Assembly (NCBI GenBank): GCA_036261255.1
Contig: DATALD010000096.1
Span: 1,454-65,453 of the forward strand
Direction: 5' to 3'
Source of the DNA: Bacteroidales bacterium
Lineage (GTDB): Bacteria > Bacteroidota > Bacteroidia > Bacteroidales > VadinHA17
Length of the DNA stretch: 64,000 bases
Part shown: positions 19,961 through 28,693 of the stretch, in pieces
Layout of the letters: each line of letters begins with the position of its first letter
Numbering within the stretch: the stretch's first letter is position 1
Translations under genes and position numbers: made by a program
Notes under the pieces: model-generated
Database searches by the model: none
The model's input: only the letters and a program-made list of their open reading frames with translations
Told to the model about the DNA's origin: nothing

Positions 19961-21238
19961 TTAGTCCTTAATATTGTTCAGAGTATTCACAGTTTTAGTA
20001 CATAATACCCTGTCGAATCTCTCGCGGGGATTTCTGTAGTAAATAAGGATTATATAATCATTTTCAGTTTCAAAATGATTTCCTTCGAAAGGTTCTCTTG
20101 TTTCAATCTGATCACCTTTTTTCAAAAAAACATACTCGTAGTTATACCATCCCTGTTTGAGGAGGATTGTAGATTCATATTGATTGGCTAAGGGGTTATA
20201 GAACATCTTATTGGCGCTATCAAGGCGCCAATTGTTGAATGCTCCGCTAACATAAATTTCACCTCCGTTAATTTCCTTTCCTGGTAAAGTAAAATAAACA
20301 AATACATAATCGGCATCAGTCTCCGGATCTTGTCCTTCCTGATAGGCAATGATATATTTCCCATTTATGTCCTTTGAATAAAAATAGGGCTTAAATTCCC
20401 TATTGTCGGATGGTTGAAGAAATACATTATAGTTTGACATTAGGAATTCCACATCTCTCACATTCTCTGATTTATAGCGAATGCTTTTTATGTCGAAATA
20501 CCTGAATTCGTTTCCTCCCGGGAATGTAACCTTGTCGGACAGCGAACTGTATTTAAGATCATTATTACCCTGGAAGTCAGCTTTAAGATTATTTTTTGAT
20601 GTACCCCATTTCCCATTCTGAAGTATTGAAGCATATATATTCCTGAATGGATCATTCAGGCCAATTCCGGAATAATTATATGTAAAATCGATTTGCTGAT
20701 GTGTTTGGTAGTTATCACCTGCCATTCTTGGCCTCTGGGCGATTGCTTCAATTGAACCGGCATTCTCCGTAACAATAAACCTGCAAGTAAGCACCGGGTC
20801 ATCTTTCTTCCCGGGTTCATAAACAAGTATCAGGTAATTTCCGGATAGCTTCAAACCAGCCCTTTCATTCGGGAAAACAAGACTGTAATGGTAATAACTT
20901 ACTGTGGTATTGAATGATGATTTATAATCATCCAAAGGATTCTCCTCAAAGCCTTCTAGATAATCCCCAATAAAAATATTTGAGTTATTCCAGTCTTTGT
21001 CGCAATGAACAAAAGTGTAATAAAATGATTCTGCCTGATCTGAGAGGATATCAAACTGAAGCTTAAGCTTTTCGTTACTGTTTAACTTTATGATGGGATA
21101 TGACAGGTTCCAGTCTTCCTTCGTCAGTTGAACTGTTTTGACCCTATCGTTTCGAACATTCACATCTGATGAATTGTTCTGTCCGAATAACAATGAGGTA
21201 TTAAAACATATCAAAGCAAGAAAAAATACAGGACGCAT
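19961..21238 (-). CDS. DUF5103 / T9SS-plug-like domain protein (tentative)
   Basis: 425 aa with a signal peptide. VKTVQLTKEDWNLSYPII...FVHCDKDWN resembles what I recall of the DUF5103 family. Called from memory only. Confidence 0.4.
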   Translation of the reverse strand: MRPVFFLALICFNTSLLFGQNNSSDVNVRNDRVKTVQLTKEDWNLSYPIIKLNSNEKLKLQFDILSDQAESFYYTFVHCDKDWNNSNIFIGDYLEGFEENPLDDYKSSFNTTVSYYHYSLVFPNERAGLKLSGNYLILVYEPGKKDDPVLTCRFIVTENAGSIEAIAQRPRMAGDNYQTHQQIDFTYNYSGIGLNDPFRNIYASILQNGKWGTSKNNLKADFQGNNDLKYSSLSDKVTFPGGNEFRYFDIKSIRYKSENVRDVEFLMSNYNVFLQPSDNREFKPYFYSKDINGKYIIAYQEGQDPETDADYVFVYFTLPGKEINGGEIYVSGAFNNWRLDSANKMFYNPLANQYESTILLKQGWYNYEYVFLKKGDQIETREPFEGNHFETENDYIILIYYRNPRERFDRVLCTKTVNTLNNIKD

Positions 21239-21437
21239 TCAAAAAATTTTTGTACTTAAATAAGTTATTTTATAACCTGACCTGTAAATAACAAAAAAGT
21301 TTAGAACATTACAAAAAAGAAATATCAATAATCAGGCCATAGCAGCAATGTAATGGTTTGTTATGATCTTTAACACTAGCAGAACAAACTCTATATTTAA
21401 TTGTTTATTTTTGATTGTTAATTAAATAACACAAAAG

Positions 21438-22790
21438 ATGCCCTCATCATTGGTCTTAAGAAGAGGTTTCAACATTCCTTTACAGGGCGAGGCAGCAAAA
21501 AAGCTTTCTCTTGTTGAAGAACCTGCTTTATTTGCTATTAAACCACCAGATTTTCCCGGGTTGATTCCAAAACTTAATGTAAAACAAGGTGATAAGGTTA
21601 TAGCCGGTTCAGCTTTATTTCATGATAAGATTCGCCCGGAAATACTATACACCTCACCGGTTAGTGGAAAAGTAACCGCTATAAACCGTGGTGACAGACG
21701 TACTGTTCTTGAAGTTGTTGTTGAAAAAGCCGGAAATGAATCTGTAGATTTTGGGAGATCTGATCCTGAATCAGTAACAAGGGAATTTGTCAAAAAAGTA
21801 TTGCTCATTTCCGGGTTATGGCCGACGATAAGGCAGAGACCTTACCATGTTGTTGCTAAACCCTCAGATGTGCCAAAGTCAATATTCATCTCATGTTTTG
21901 ATACTTCACCACTTGCTCCGGACTATAACTTCATTCTTGATAAACTCAGCTTAGCAAGTTTCAGGAATGGAATAAATGCTTTAAAAAAGCTGACAAATGG
22001 CAAAGTTAATCTTGTACTGAAAGACAGCGGCCATTTATCTGAGGCTCTCACAAGTATGGCCGGGGTGAGTATTAATTTCATTAGTGGGCCTCATCCTGCC
22101 GGCAATGTAGGCGTGCATATCCATCATCTCGACCCATTGATCAAGGGACAAGTTGTGTGGTACGTGAATTTTCAGGATGTGTTTTCAATTGGAAGAATAT
22201 TTGAACAAGGTAATTACATCCCTGAAAAGATTATTGCTCTGACTGGTTCTGAAGTGATAGATCCACAATATTATAGAGTAAGAACAGGTGCATCTGTCAG
22301 CTATATTGTTAAAGACAATGTTAAACCAGGTGAGGTGAGGTATATTGCCGGGAATGTTCTAACCGGAACAAAGATAAGTGAAACAGGATATCTTGGCTTT
22401 TATGATTCGCAGGTAACTGTTATACCTGAAGGCCGTTATTACGAGTTCTTTGGTTGGGCTAAACCCGGAGCCCGAAAATTCAGTTTCCATAAAGGTTTCT
22501 TATCAAAACTTTATCCTAAAAGGAAATACAGGCTCGATACAAATCTTCATGGAGGTGAGCGCGCATTTGTTATGACTGGCGACTACGAAAAAGTTGTCCC
22601 TATGGATATATTCCCAATGCAGCTCTTCAAGGCGATTCTTGCTGAAGATATTAATACTATGGAGAACCTTGGCATTTACGAAGTCGCTGAGGAGGATCTT
22701 GCATTATGTGAATATATTTGTCCCTCCAAAACAGAGATACAGGCAATAATAAGGAGAGGGATTAGCCTGATGATGAAAGAAATGAGTTAA
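21438..22790 (+). CDS. nqrA: Na+-translocating NADH:quinone oxidoreductase subunit A
   Basis: 450 aa. First gene of a six-gene nqr cluster. The N-terminus RRGFNIPLQGEA and the length fit NqrA. Confidence 0.88.
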   Translation: MPSSLVLRRGFNIPLQGEAAKKLSLVEEPALFAIKPPDFPGLIPKLNVKQGDKVIAGSALFHDKIRPEILYTSPVSGKVTAINRGDRRTVLEVVVEKAGNESVDFGRSDPESVTREFVKKVLLISGLWPTIRQRPYHVVAKPSDVPKSIFISCFDTSPLAPDYNFILDKLSLASFRNGINALKKLTNGKVNLVLKDSGHLSEALTSMAGVSINFISGPHPAGNVGVHIHHLDPLIKGQVVWYVNFQDVFSIGRIFEQGNYIPEKIIALTGSEVIDPQYYRVRTGASVSYIVKDNVKPGEVRYIAGNVLTGTKISETGYLGFYDSQVTVIPEGRYYEFFGWAKPGARKFSFHKGFLSKLYPKRKYRLDTNLHGGERAFVMTGDYEKVVPMDIFPMQLFKAILAEDINTMENLGIYEVAEEDLALCEYICPSKTEIQAIIRRGISLMMKEMS

Positions 22791-22806
22791 ACATACTATT
22801 ATTTAA

Positions 22807-23979
22807 ATGAGTTCTCTACGCAGGAAGATTGATAAGATCAAACCCCATTTTGAAAAGGGTGGAAAGTTTGAAAAGTTTCACTCAACTTTTAATGCATTTG
22901 AGACCTTTATTTTTGTGCCTGACCAGGTCACAATTAAAGGATCTCATGTCAGAGATGCCATGGATCTCAAAAGAACAATGACAATTGTTATTATTGCCAT
23001 GCTTCCACCGCTTTTATTCGGTGCATACAATATCGGACTTCAGCATTTCAGTTCCTTAGGAGTCGATTCCAATCTCTGGCAAAATTTCTGGTTTGGATTT
23101 GTAAAAGTACTTCCCTTACTTATTGTAAGTTATGGTGTCGGATTGGGAATTGAATTCATTGCAGCCCAGATAAGAGGACACGAGGTAAACGAAGGCTTTC
23201 TTGTTACCGGTATGCTGATACCTTTAGTTATGCCTGTTGATGTGCCTCTGTGGATGCTGGCTCTTGCCACTGCCTTTTCGGTAATAATTGGGAAGGAAGT
23301 ATTCGGTGGCACAGGCATGAACATATTCAATCCTGCTTTGATGGCACGTGCTTTCCTGTTTTTCAGTTATCCCGGCTGGATGACAGGCGATAAAGTATGG
23401 GTTGAAGGCTTGATAAATGCGACAAACGTAGCTGATGGCTATTCCGGAGCTACCCCTCTTGGAGAACTAGCCCTGGGTGGGGGAATACAGCAACTACCTT
23501 CTCTCCTTGAGATGACCGTCGGGACAATACCCGGGTCGATTGGGGAGACATCGAAAATTGCAATACTGCTAGGCGCTCTGATTCTTATCATAACTGGGAT
23601 TGGCAGTTGGAAGATTATGCTAAGTATGTTCCTTGGGGGCGCCTCAATAGGTCTGCTCTTCAATATTATTGGAGCCAATCCTTACATGCAGGTGCCTTTC
23701 TACTATCATTTTTTAATGGGTGGCTTTGCTTTTGGAGCTGTTTATATGGCTACAGATCCTGTCACAGCATCACAAACAAGCAGGGGGAAGTGGATCTATG
23801 GCTTTTTGATCGGATTTCTCTCCGTACTATTCAGGGTATTAAATCCTGCTTATCCCGAGGGTGTTATGCTTGCTATATTATTAATGAATCTTTTTGCGCC
23901 TCTTATCGACTATTCTATTATCCAGGCAAGTGTTAACCGGAGAGCTAGACGCGCTCAGGCTTTAAATAAATTATTATAA
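22807..23979 (+). CDS. nqrB: Na+-NQR subunit B
   Basis: 390 aa, polytopic. Contains GGTGMNIFNPAL, YSGATPL and MATDPVT(A)SQT (FMN-attachment region). Confidence 0.9.
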   Translation: MSSLRRKIDKIKPHFEKGGKFEKFHSTFNAFETFIFVPDQVTIKGSHVRDAMDLKRTMTIVIIAMLPPLLFGAYNIGLQHFSSLGVDSNLWQNFWFGFVKVLPLLIVSYGVGLGIEFIAAQIRGHEVNEGFLVTGMLIPLVMPVDVPLWMLALATAFSVIIGKEVFGGTGMNIFNPALMARAFLFFSYPGWMTGDKVWVEGLINATNVADGYSGATPLGELALGGGIQQLPSLLEMTVGTIPGSIGETSKIAILLGALILIITGIGSWKIMLSMFLGGASIGLLFNIIGANPYMQVPFYYHFLMGGFAFGAVYMATDPVTASQTSRGKWIYGFLIGFLSVLFRVLNPAYPEGVMLAILLMNLFAPLIDYSIIQASVNRRARRAQALNKLL

Positions 23980-23981
23980 AG

Positions 23982-24698
23982 ATGAAAGAGTTCAGTAGTA
24001 AATATATTTTTTTCTTTTCAGTTGTAATGGTGATTATAGTCGCCGTTTTCCTTTCCCTGGCAGCAACCCTTTTACAACCCAGGCAAACCAAGAATATTGA
24101 AATAGACAAGAAGAAAGGGATGCTTGAATCAATAGGAGTCTCTTCTGTTCCGCAGACAACCGAGGAGTTGTACGATAAACATGTAACAGGAAGTTTCGTA
24201 ATTACTAACAATGGGGAGGAAGTTCCGGGCGTAGATGCATTTAATATTGACGTCAGGGCAGAACAACGCAAACCTCTGGAACAACAATATCTTCCGGTAT
24301 TTAATGCACAGACAGATAATGGCGAACAGCTGATAATTCTTCCATTGCAGGGGAAAGGTCTTTGGGGGCCCATTTGGGGCTATATTTCTATTGAATCAGA
24401 TATGAATACAATTTTTGGAGCAACATTCGACCATAAGGGAGAAACACCTGGATTGGGAGCTGAAATTAACACACCCGATTTTGAAGTGATGTTTCAGGGA
24501 AAAAAACTATATGAGAACAATGAATTTGTATCTATTGGAGTCCTTAAAGGAGGAGCACGTGATGATGATCCTCACAATGTAGATGCCATTTCAGGAGGAA
24601 CAATTACAAGCAAAGGACTTCAAAAAATGTTGCTTGAGGGAATCGGCAAATACAATAAATTTTTAACAGTGAACAAATCGGAGAACAAAGATGAATAA
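23982..24698 (+). CDS. nqrC: Na+-NQR subunit C
   Basis: 238 aa. N-terminal TM helix, GLWGPIWGY and the [13 protein letters not shown]-binding motif. Confidence 0.88.
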   Translation: MKEFSSKYIFFFSVVMVIIVAVFLSLAATLLQPRQTKNIEIDKKKGMLESIGVSSVPQTTEELYDKHVTGSFVITNNGEEVPGVDAFNIDVRAEQRKPLEQQYLPVFNAQTDNGEQLIILPLQGKGLWGPIWGYISIESDMNTIFGATFDHKGETPGLGAEINTPDFEVMFQGKKLYENNEFVSIGVLKGGARDDDPHNVDAISGGTITSKGLQKMLLEGIGKYNKFLTVNKSENKDE

Positions 24699-25311
24699 CT
24701 GGAAATTATTTACAAGCCCCTTAGGAAGGGACAATCCTATTACAGTTCAGGTTCTTGGTATCTGCTCTGCCTTGGCAGTAACAGTTAAGCTAAAACCTGC
24801 TCTCGTTATGGCTCTATCTGTCATAGTGGTGGTTGCCGTATCAAATGTGGTCATAGCCGCAATGAGAAAGTATATTCCTGATAAGATCAGGATAATTGTT
24901 CAACTTGTTGTAATTGCAACTATGGTAATTCTTGTTGACCAGTTTCTGAAAGCATTTGTTTTCGATATAAGCAGGCAACTATCTGTATTTGTTGGTCTTA
25001 TCATAACCAATTGTATTTTGATGGGACGACTTGAAGCATTTGCTATGGGTAACAAACCATGGCCTTCATTTATTGATGGACTCGGTAATGGCACAGGATA
25101 TGGGGTAATCCTTGTTATAGTTGCCTTTTTCAGGGAACTACTCGGATCAGGAACAATTCTGGGATACCCATTGCTTCAAAAAGCAGGTATATACTCTTTG
25201 GGTTATGAGAATAATGGAATGATGATATTACCCCCTGCAGCTCTGATTGTTGTTGGTTTGATAATTTGGGTTCAGAGGAGCAGAAACAGAGCATTGATTG
25301 AAAAAAAATAA
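24691..25311 (+). CDS. nqrD: Na+-NQR subunit D
   Basis: 206 aa, polytopic. [17 protein letters not shown] motif. 8-nt overlap with nqrC. Confidence 0.9.
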   Translation: MNNWKLFTSPLGRDNPITVQVLGICSALAVTVKLKPALVMALSVIVVVAVSNVVIAAMRKYIPDKIRIIVQLVVIATMVILVDQFLKAFVFDISRQLSVFVGLIITNCILMGRLEAFAMGNKPWPSFIDGLGNGTGYGVILVIVAFFRELLGSGTILGYPLLQKAGIYSLGYENNGMMILPPAALIVVGLIIWVQRSRNRALIEKK

Positions 25312-25316
25312 GAATT

Positions 25317-25934
25317 ATGGAGAATCTTCTTAATATTTTTGTCAAATCCATTTTTGTCGAAAACATGATCTTTGCCTTTTTCCTGGGAATGTGCTCATTC
25401 CTGGCAGTGTCAAAGACCGTTAAAACCGCTATTGGTTTAGGCATAGCAGTAATTTTTGTTCTTTCAGTTACAACACCGATAAATTATCTGCTTGAAAATT
25501 ATATTCTTAAAAAAGGAGCTTTAACATGGTTAAATGAAAGTTTTGCTGATGTTGATCTTAGCTTTCTCACTTTTATTGTGTTCATAGCAGTTATTGCAGC
25601 AATTGTGCAGCTGGTGGAAATGGTTGTAGAGAAATACAGTCCCTCTCTTTATAACTCTCTCGGCATTTTTCTCCCGTTGATTGCTGTAAACTGTGCAATA
25701 CTTGGAGGATCGTTATTTATGCAGGAAAGAGAATATGGGACTCTTGCTGAAGCAGCTGTTTTCGGATTTGGTTCGGGCATTGGATGGATGCTTGCAATAA
25801 TTGGCCTTGCAGCAATACGAGAAAAAATGCGTTACAGCAATGTACCTGATCCTCTTAGAGGATTGGGAATTACATTTATTCTTACAGGCCTTATGGCCAT
25901 CGCTTTCATGGGCTTCATGGGTATTACAATTTAA
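25317..25934 (+). CDS. nqrE: Na+-NQR subunit E
   Basis: 205 aa, polytopic. [18 protein letters not shown] and [12 protein letters not shown] motifs. Confidence 0.9.
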   Translation: MENLLNIFVKSIFVENMIFAFFLGMCSFLAVSKTVKTAIGLGIAVIFVLSVTTPINYLLENYILKKGALTWLNESFADVDLSFLTFIVFIAVIAAIVQLVEMVVEKYSPSLYNSLGIFLPLIAVNCAILGGSLFMQEREYGTLAEAAVFGFGSGIGWMLAIIGLAAIREKMRYSNVPDPLRGLGITFILTGLMAIAFMGFMGITI

Positions 25935-25948
25935 ACAATGATGAGTTT

Positions 25949-27217
25949 ATGATACTGGCAATGCCGATACTGGCGATAACTACAGGACAAACTATTTTGT
26001 ACAGTCTGATTGTCTTTCTTATAATAATTCTTCTGCTTGTCAGTCTTCTGATTTTTGCAAAAGATAAACTTTCTCCCAAAGGGAAAGTCAGGCTGCAGTT
26101 AAATAATCGTGAGCTTGATGTCAATCCTGGTTCCAACCTGCTTTCAACATTGTCAGGTAACGGCATCTTTCTGCCTTCAGCTTGTGGAGGTGGTGGTACA
26201 TGCGGGCTTTGCAGGTGCCAGATCGAAGAGGGTGGTGGCTCGATCCTTCCAACAGAAACAGGTTTCTTTTCAAGGAAAGAACAACAGGAAAAATGGAGGC
26301 TCAGCTGCCAGGTTAAAATAAGAGAAGATCTTAAAGTAAAGGTTCCTGAATCTGTTCTCGGAATAAAAAAATTCACATGTGAAGTAGTATCAAACAGAAA
26401 CGTTGCAACTTTTATAAAAGAGCTTGTAGTTAAAATGCCCGAAGGTGTTGATCTTGAATTCGAACCGGGTGGTTATATCCAGATCGATGTGCCAAAATAT
26501 GAGGCAGGTTTCAGAGATATTTTTGTTGAAGGTAACTTTAGAAGCGACTGGGATAAATTTAAAATGTGGGATCTCTCGATAAAGAATAATGAGGAATCAT
26601 TCAGGGCTTATTCTATGGCTAATTTTCCTGCAGAAAAAAATCTTATCAAACTCAATATCAGGATAGCCACACCACCCTGGGACAGGGTTAAAAATGATTT
26701 CCTCAACGTACCCCCTGGCTTGTGTTCAACTTATATCTTCACACGAAAACCCGGTGATAAGATCAGTTTATCAGGTCCTTATGGTGAGTTCCATATAAAA
26801 AATACCTCTGCCGAAATGATTTATATTGGAGGAGGAGCTGGTATGGCGCCACTAAGATCACATATATTCCATCTTTTCAAAACTCTGAAGACAACAAGGA
26901 AAGTATCTTTCTGGTATGGTGCAAGATCAACAAGAGAGGTATTTTATGAAGATGAATTCAGGGCAATTGAGAAAGAGTTCCCGAATTTTTCATTCCACCT
27001 GGCTCTCTCAGAACCATTGCCTGAAGATAACTGGACAGGATACACAGGATTCATCCACAAAGTATTACTTGATAACTATCTTTCAAAACATGATGAACCT
27101 GAAGATATTGAGTACTACTTCTGCGGTCCTCCAATGATGAATGGCGCTGTCATAAAAATGCTTGATAATCTTGGTGTGCCCAAAGACAATATTTCATTTG
27201 ACGATTTTGGAATATAA
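25949..27217 (+). CDS. nqrF: Na+-NQR subunit F (2Fe-2S ferredoxin plus FAD/NADH domains)
   Basis: 422 aa. N-terminal TM helix, CGGGGTCGLCRC cluster motif, RAYSMAN FAD motif, GGGAGMAP NADH motif. Confidence 0.92.
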   Translation: MILAMPILAITTGQTILYSLIVFLIIILLLVSLLIFAKDKLSPKGKVRLQLNNRELDVNPGSNLLSTLSGNGIFLPSACGGGGTCGLCRCQIEEGGGSILPTETGFFSRKEQQEKWRLSCQVKIREDLKVKVPESVLGIKKFTCEVVSNRNVATFIKELVVKMPEGVDLEFEPGGYIQIDVPKYEAGFRDIFVEGNFRSDWDKFKMWDLSIKNNEESFRAYSMANFPAEKNLIKLNIRIATPPWDRVKNDFLNVPPGLCSTYIFTRKPGDKISLSGPYGEFHIKNTSAEMIYIGGGAGMAPLRSHIFHLFKTLKTTRKVSFWYGARSTREVFYEDEFRAIEKEFPNFSFHLALSEPLPEDNWTGYTGFIHKVLLDNYLSKHDEPEDIEYYFCGPPMMNGAVIKMLDNLGVPKDNISFDDFGI

Positions 27218-27272
27218 GTCAACAAGCTTCCCTGTTATTTATTTATACCTTTGTTGCCTTAACTATTAAGAA

Positions 27273-28295
27273 ATGAGGGTATACTTTAATCTGATCCTGT
27301 TCAGCTGCATCTTATTCATATCATGTAAAGAAAAAGCTCCTGTAATTGAAGGTTTCAACGGTTTTATCCAGGGTACAACATACAGTATTTTGTATGATGA
27401 TAACAAGAACACAGACCCGGAAGACTTAAAGATGAAAGTAGAAAAGATATTGAAGGACTTTGATTTGTCGCTATCATTGTATGTTGATTCTTCAATATTA
27501 TCCCGAATAAACAAAAACGAAGAAGTTGTTCCTGACGAATACTTCATGCAGGTATATAAGAAAAGCGTTGACCTATCGCAGATGACTGATGGAGCTTTTG
27601 ATATTACAGTTGGACCACTTGTTTCAGCCTGGGGATTTGGCCCGGATGAACATAAGAATTTTGATCAATCAAAACTCGATAGTCTGCTTAGGCTGACCGG
27701 GATGGATAAAGTACGAATCGAAAATGACAGGGTTGTGAAAAGTAACTCCGGAGTTAAACTTGACTTCAATGCAATTGCACAGGGGTACTCTGTTGATGTT
27801 GTTTATGATTATCTGAAGTCATCAGGTTATAAAAATTACCTCATTGAAATAGGCGGAGAAGTCAGAGTTAAAGGAAAAAAGGCTGGTGAATACTGGAGAA
27901 TAGGTATAGACCGTCCTGTTGATAATAACCTGGTACCTGGTAATGATCTTAAAGCTATAATCAGAATTTCTGATGAAGCTCTGGCAACTTCAGGCAATTA
28001 TAGAAAGTTTTATGTTGAAGACGGTATAAAATATTCCCATACAATTAATCCGAAAACAGGATATCCGGCAAAAAACAGTCTTCTTAGCGCTACAATACTT
28101 GCATCGGATTGTGCAACTGCTGATGGCATTGCAACTGCATGCATGGTAATGGGAGTAGATGAGGCAATAAAATTTATTGAAGCAAGACCACAATTTTTAG
28201 CCTATTTTATTTTTTCGGATAAAGAAGGAAATTATAAAACCTGGACATCTGAAGGATTGAAGGAAAGGTTGACTGACCTTGAGAATAATCAATAA
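27273..28295 (+). CDS. apbE: FAD:protein FMN transferase (ApbE family lipoprotein)
   Basis: 340 aa. Lipoprotein signal (LFISCKEK), GAFDITVGPL, ALATSGNYRKF and HTINPKTG motifs. Immediately downstream of nqrF. Confidence 0.88.
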   Translation: MRVYFNLILFSCILFISCKEKAPVIEGFNGFIQGTTYSILYDDNKNTDPEDLKMKVEKILKDFDLSLSLYVDSSILSRINKNEEVVPDEYFMQVYKKSVDLSQMTDGAFDITVGPLVSAWGFGPDEHKNFDQSKLDSLLRLTGMDKVRIENDRVVKSNSGVKLDFNAIAQGYSVDVVYDYLKSSGYKNYLIEIGGEVRVKGKKAGEYWRIGIDRPVDNNLVPGNDLKAIIRISDEALATSGNYRKFYVEDGIKYSHTINPKTGYPAKNSLLSATILASDCATADGIATACMVMGVDEAIKFIEARPQFLAYFIFSDKEGNYKTWTSEGLKERLTDLENNQ

Positions 28296-28510
28296 ATCCT
28301 TCCACAATTACAACCTGCCGATCCTCCATGTGAGTTGCATCCTACCTCATTTTGTGAGGCACATGTGATCCCTCTTTTTCTCATTTCCTCATTTCCGCTT
28401 ATATGAAGTTCGGGGAACCGGCTTTTTGGCTTCAGGAGCATGCGGATTCCAAATCCGATTGCTGCAACTGCCAGGAATATCAAGCTTAATATGAGGACTT
28501 TAATAAACAT
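28289..28510 (-). CDS. Small membrane protein with a C-terminal four-cysteine cluster (candidate NqrM-like maturation factor, speculative)
   Basis: 73 aa. N-terminal TM helix (KVLILSLIFLAVAAIGFGI), basic stretch, then ITCASQNEVGCNSHGGSAGCNCG. It fills an otherwise empty 400-nt gap and is convergent with apbE, overlapping it by 7 nt. Confidence 0.5.
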   Translation of the reverse strand: MFIKVLILSLIFLAVAAIGFGIRMLLKPKSRFPELHISGNEEMRKRGITCASQNEVGCNSHGGSAGCNCGRIY

Positions 28511-28693
28511 AATTGTACTTTTTTAAGCGTTTAATCTCGCCAGGTAAAGTTATGTTACATTTTTCAATTAAAACTCTCATTTAAACAACCGTCATGAAAT
28601 TTTGTTTTAAGAGTACACTATTAAACACTTTTTATACGGTTTGTCATAAAACCAGAATAAATACAACTTAGCCACTCTTTAAAAATCATTTAA

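Noticed and set aside
21406-21413. TATTTTTG box 24 nt upstream of nqrA as the nqr promoter
   Set aside because: The -7-like octamer is present, but I found no TTTG at the expected -33 distance. Such AT-rich octamers are frequent in this genome, so I did not list it as a feature.
23945-26376. Minus-strand ORFs 23945..24373 (142 aa) and 25924..26376 (150 aa)
   Set aside because: They are antisense to nqrC and nqrF. Cys/Ser/Leu-rich translations with no motifs. Shadow ORFs of strongly supported genes.
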